NCBI RefSeq assembly: GCF_024521635.1
Contig: NW_026250449.1
Span: 1-64,000, forward strand
Direction: 5' to 3'
DNA length: 64,000 bases
Source of the DNA: Tricharina praecox
Lineage: Eukaryota
Shown here: positions 61,101-64,000 of the stretch, one piece after another
Layout: each line of letters begins with the position of its first letter
Numbering within the stretch: the first letter of the stretch is position 1
Made by a program: the position numbers and the translations under genes
Notes under the pieces: generated by a model
What the model was told of the DNA's origin: nothing
Seen by the model: only the letters and a program-made list of their open reading frames with translations
The model's database searches: none

Positions 61101-64000
61101 TTCATGCTGGCCGTCGCGAAGAAGGCGGAGATAGGCGGGAAGTCCGAAGCTTCTCAAGAAACAGCAACGAATCGTCTCACTGCGTGGCGGAATTTTCGGC
61201 TTCAAAACTCCGTGGTTGCTAAGCTGGCACTAGGGATCCAGAATACCGGCCTCGCCAGAAGCCTAGATGAAGCATATCTCTTCGTCATTCCTCCGTTGAG
61301 CGTGGAGTCCAAACTGCCAATCGACGCAGCTGTCGACTTAGTTGTCCGGAACCTAGAGCAGCACGAGCACTTGCGTAACTGGGAGAAAGCCAACGAGGCG
61401 TATCGCGATATGCTTCAGGTAGCAAAAAAGTTCGGCACCGCTTCGTGTCCATTCCAGCTCAAGGCTATAATCGCCACGGCGGAATATCTCGGCAGGAGAG
61501 ACAGTCACAGGAAGCACCTAGGATCGCAGGAGGAATTCGATGTGGCGACGAGCTTGACGGAGCTTTTTAGTGATGCGGCTAGATCTTCGTTGCGCATGTT
61601 GTATCAGCGCCAAAACAGAGCGACGCATTACGATAAACTCATCGCGAAGGCCGGTAACACCGAAATGTTAAATAATACGATCGATCTTGATAGCAAGACC
61701 ACGAAGAAAAAGAAAAATTTAGAGGAGGCCGATCTCTCGGATGTGTACTACGGAGCTGGCCGCCACCACGACGAAATCAACCATTCACCGATCCCGGCTC
61801 CGGATGATACCGCAAGAATCGGTGAGGAAAAGGACGCGATCCTTGTGGGTGTCGGGTTTAAAGAGTTGTGTGAGATGCTCTCCACCAGGAAAGAGTGCAA
61901 GCAGAACGACCTCCAGAGACACGGGAACGGGCAGGATCTTGTTGGGTGGTCGTTGATGCACTATGCGATAGTGCGAAACGATGCTTGCGTTACGTATGAG
62001 CTACCATTCATCCACAAATTGTACTGTGCTTACGTGTATTTCTTAGCGAGTTGATAGATGCCAATGCACACCTAAACCTTCAGGACATATCGGGGTTTTC
62101 ACCGATGCACTTTGCGGTGCAGCAGAAGCTGTCCGACGGTCGAACTTTACTCGCAAGAGAAGCAGATGTTGAGACTTGCGCACGAGACGGCACTTATCCG
62201 CTACACTGGGCAACGAAAAGCGAAGATCGATGGGTGGAGGAGTTGCTGAAACATAAAGCACGGGTTGAGGTCCGCGACAACACCAAACGAACGCCGCTCC
62301 ATTGGGCAGCTTTGGGGGGAAAAAAGGACGCCGTTGTTCGATTGCTGCTGGCTGGTGCTTCACCGAAAGCACAGGATGAACAGCAAATGACACCTCTGCA
62401 TCTCGCGGCCATTGCCGGTGACTGTGACTGCATCGAATCATTATCCGAAGGTTCCGACGTGGAGGCGAAGGAAAAAAGTCAGAGAACACCACTCATGCTG
62501 GCTGTATTGAACGACAATGAAAACGATGGCGCCGTGGAACTTCTCCTGAAGAAGAAGAAAGCTAACATAAAGGCCACGGACGCCGATGGTAGGACTGCCC
62601 TCCATCTCGCAGCCTGGAAGGGCCACAATTCACGGGTGGCACTTCTACTCAACGCCCTGCAGAGCCAAGGGAGCGCCGGTAAAGAGGAGGCGCAAGAGGA
62701 AACAACCGAAACCCGCAGGATGACCCCACTCCACATCGCGGCGTCTCGTGGCCACAAATCCACAGTAAAACTGCTGTTGGATAGAAAAGCGAACAGCCAA
62801 GCAAAGGATAGCGGGGGAAACACAGCTTTATCTATTGCGCTATCGGAAGGACACTCAACGGTGGCAAGGGTGTTGCTGGACGCGATTTTCGGCATTCCCG
62901 GCAGGGACGAAGATTTACCGCCCCCATTTGGTTCGGAGACATTTCACCTACCAGAGGTCGCTAATGGCCCACTGCTAAGTGCTGACATGTTGCGGAGCTA
63001 CAACATCGACATCTTGGCCAAGAACCATGACGGCCAGACGGCACTCCATCTAGCGTCCGCCTGCGGGCAGAAAGGAGTTGTAGCTACGTTACTGGACTGT
63101 GGGGTAGATCAGAACGAAACGGATTCTCAAGGGCGAACAGCGTTACATCTAGCAACGTTGAAAGGCCGCGAAGAGGTCGTTAAACTGTTACTTGAACAAG
63201 GAGCCAACTTGTATGGCGTGGATACGCACGGGGAAACGGCGCTCCACATTGCGAGCGAGTGCGGACACGTCCCCATCGTACAGCTGCTCCTCGAGAAGGA
63301 TCAACTAGAGGCGGATAAACTAGAGGCGGATAAACTAGAGGCGGATACGGGAAGAAGTCCGCCGAAAAACCGTGTCTCGTTTATCGACATCCAGAATTCC
63401 AGCGGGTCGACGGCCTTGCACCTAGCTGTCCGGACCGGAAACGAAGAGCTTACAAAGCTTCTACTGGATTGGAAAGCCTCGGCCACAATCTCGAACGGTT
63501 CGGGAAACACCCCACTACTTATTGTCATCAAGCACACCATTAATGATGTTCCCTTGGTCAAAATATTGCTTGAAACCGGCAAAGCGAACACAGAAGCGAA
63601 AGATGGAGACGGATACACGGCACTTCACCACGCCATACGCATCAAAAACATGGATATCTTCAACCTCCTCATCTCGAACGGTGCCGACGTGAACGTCCTG
63701 GACAGGTCACGAAATTCGATGTTGCACTTCGCAGTTCAGCGATCCTTTCTAGACGCTGTTAAACCACTTATAGACTCCCGGGTAAGTATTACTTCGCGGA
63801 ACGAAGCCGGCGAAACAGCTCTACATCTCGCCGTCGAGGGATCCGATGCAGCCATCCTCACCGCCTTACTCGAAGCGGCACCCTGTGCCTCCAGCGAATG
63901 CAATCATGACCAATTCTGTGCAATACCCAGCGTTGATGGAAGCACGCCCATGCATTACGCCTTTAATCAAGATTTCTGGTCTCCAACCATAGCCAGGCTT
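58104..64000 (+). CDS. Large N-terminal transmembrane plus C-terminal ankyrin-repeat protein (multi-exon, 3' end outside the window)
   Basis: Spliced N-terminus FNNNLASDLSP|LLAL|FGERFAQQFMS...MAPLGVITAIV|GAIRLGGP...IGRARE...ELMSSTSHE|VCELWNG, then APNISLN. After an intron at 61994-62046 the frame is open to the window end with many TPLH/TALHLA ankyrin repeats. Confidence 0.9.

Overview
Intron-containing genomic DNA from a filamentous ascomycete; the species cannot be determined from the sequence. It is a rearranged, accessory-type region. The left part holds an F-box gene split by one in-frame TAG (a paralog at 25 kb has TGG there) and a cluster of three related NLR-like STAND genes: two HeLo-like/SesA-NACHT-ankyrin-SPRY genes in opposite orientation, flanking a sensor-less NACHT gene. 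It also holds a divergent acyl-CoA-binding protein gene, an intact TDP1 and an inverted TDP1 pseudogene. The middle part has several non-autonomous TIR elements (hAT-like with 8-bp TSDs, one nested PIF/Harbinger-like), duplicated fragments and a CE5 acetylxylan esterase. From about 37 to 53 kb lies a diverged tandem array of about 11 units, with two more inverted units at the left edge. Each complete unit has a conserved palindromic upstream element (TCACTCG-N3-CGAGTGA), a CT-rich leader, a small Met/Asp/Glu-rich ORF that I do not recognise, and a conserved 3' block. The right part has a LaeA-like methyltransferase, a broken membrane-protein gene and a large TM-ankyrin gene running off the end. 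Exon boundaries were read by eye and are approximate.
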